From contig NC_068996.1 in NCBI RefSeq assembly GCF_001194135.2, positions 56,859,487-56,923,013 of the forward strand: 63,527 bases of DNA, in the 5' to 3' direction. Both the position numbers and the translations under genes were made by a program. The notes under the pieces were generated by a model. That model had not been told where the DNA came from, searched no databases, and saw only the letters and a program-made list of their open reading frames with translations. This DNA is from Octopus bimaculoides. Lineage: Eukaryota. Shown here piece by piece: positions 62,920 to 63,527 of the stretch. Numbering within the stretch: position 1 is the stretch's first letter; every line of letters begins with the position of its first letter.

Positions 62920-63047
62920 CTGGAAGCACAGGCCTCAAATTTTAGGGGAGGGGATTAAGTTGATTACATCGATCTCAGTATGTAACTAGTACAAATTTTA
63001 CCAACCCTGAAAAGATGAAAGGCAAAGTCAACCTTGGCGGAATTCGA
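62920..63047 (-). mobile_element. tRNA-derived SINE, family B (partial)
   Basis: AGGCCTCAAATTTTAGGGG...GATGAAAGGCAAAGTCAACCTTGGCGGAATTCGAA. Confidence 0.75.
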
Positions 63048-63049
63048 AC

Positions 63050-63483
63050 AACTGATTCCACGAGTAAATTAAAAACATTCCGGACTGAATCTGGACCTGT
63101 AATCCTAAAATTTTGGAATCCCAAGTTTTCATTCCTGTGATTGTTTGCAGTGATTTATTTACGTGACTTTTTGCAATGAATTTTTTTGTACGATAACAAT
63201 TTTCATAATCTAAAGCCTAACTCCATAAGTAAATTAAAAACATTCTGGGCCGAATCCAGACCTGCAATCCTGAAATTTTGGATTCCTATGTGTTCAATAC
63301 TGCGATTGTCTATGGCAATGATTTTTACATGACTTTTTGCAACGAATATGATCATGATTGGAATATGACTCTGGAGGAAGCAACTGCAACAAATTCTGCA
63401 AAACAAGTTGGAGATCTGTTTGCAGTTCTTCCCCTTCAGGGTCAGTTGATTAAAAGCCACCCAATAGGGCTGCTTTTAAGCTA

Positions 63484-63484
<1 letters not shown>
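63050..63484 (+). mobile_element. Possible Helitron-like non-autonomous element (two 165-bp units, hairpin, CTAG end)
   Basis: AGTAAATTAAAAACATTC at 63063 and 63228; hairpin TTAAAAGC...GCTTTTAA at 63450-63479; CTAG at 63481-63484 followed by T. Confidence 0.45.

Positions 63485-63527
<43 letters not shown>

Overview
This is an AT-rich animal genomic scaffold with 12 N-gaps, saturated with microsatellites and transposon debris. The repeat families resemble ones I associate with octopus/coleoid cephalopods; that is an inference, not verified. I cannot support any host protein-coding gene, rRNA, true tRNA or CRISPR array, and nearly all ORFs in the track are microsatellite or gap artefacts. Recognisable content: (1) more than a dozen fragments of restriction-like-endonuclease (REL) non-LTR retrotransposons of the R4/Dong type, most embedded in (TAA)n; (2) three RTE-clade LINE fragments and one L1/Tx1-like fragment; (3) a full-length but inactivated DD34D mariner (36125-37414), an internally deleted maT/DD37D-like element, a hAT-Charlie-like MITE, a Tigger-like MITE and an unclassified TIR element; (4) an LTR-like element with no recognisable coding remnant; (5) many tRNA-derived SINEs; (6) Penelope-like terminal-repeat fragments. 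The most interesting signals are non-coding: four hammerhead-ribozyme-like folds (one inside a 352-nt direct-repeat unit resembling a retrozyme), two long hairpins, a ~500-bp (TAA)n-embedded element that twice sits directly upstream of a Dong RT fragment truncated at nearly the same codon, and an inverted pair of exon-like paralogous segments. All translations and folds were done by eye, and the boundaries of degraded repeats are approximate.
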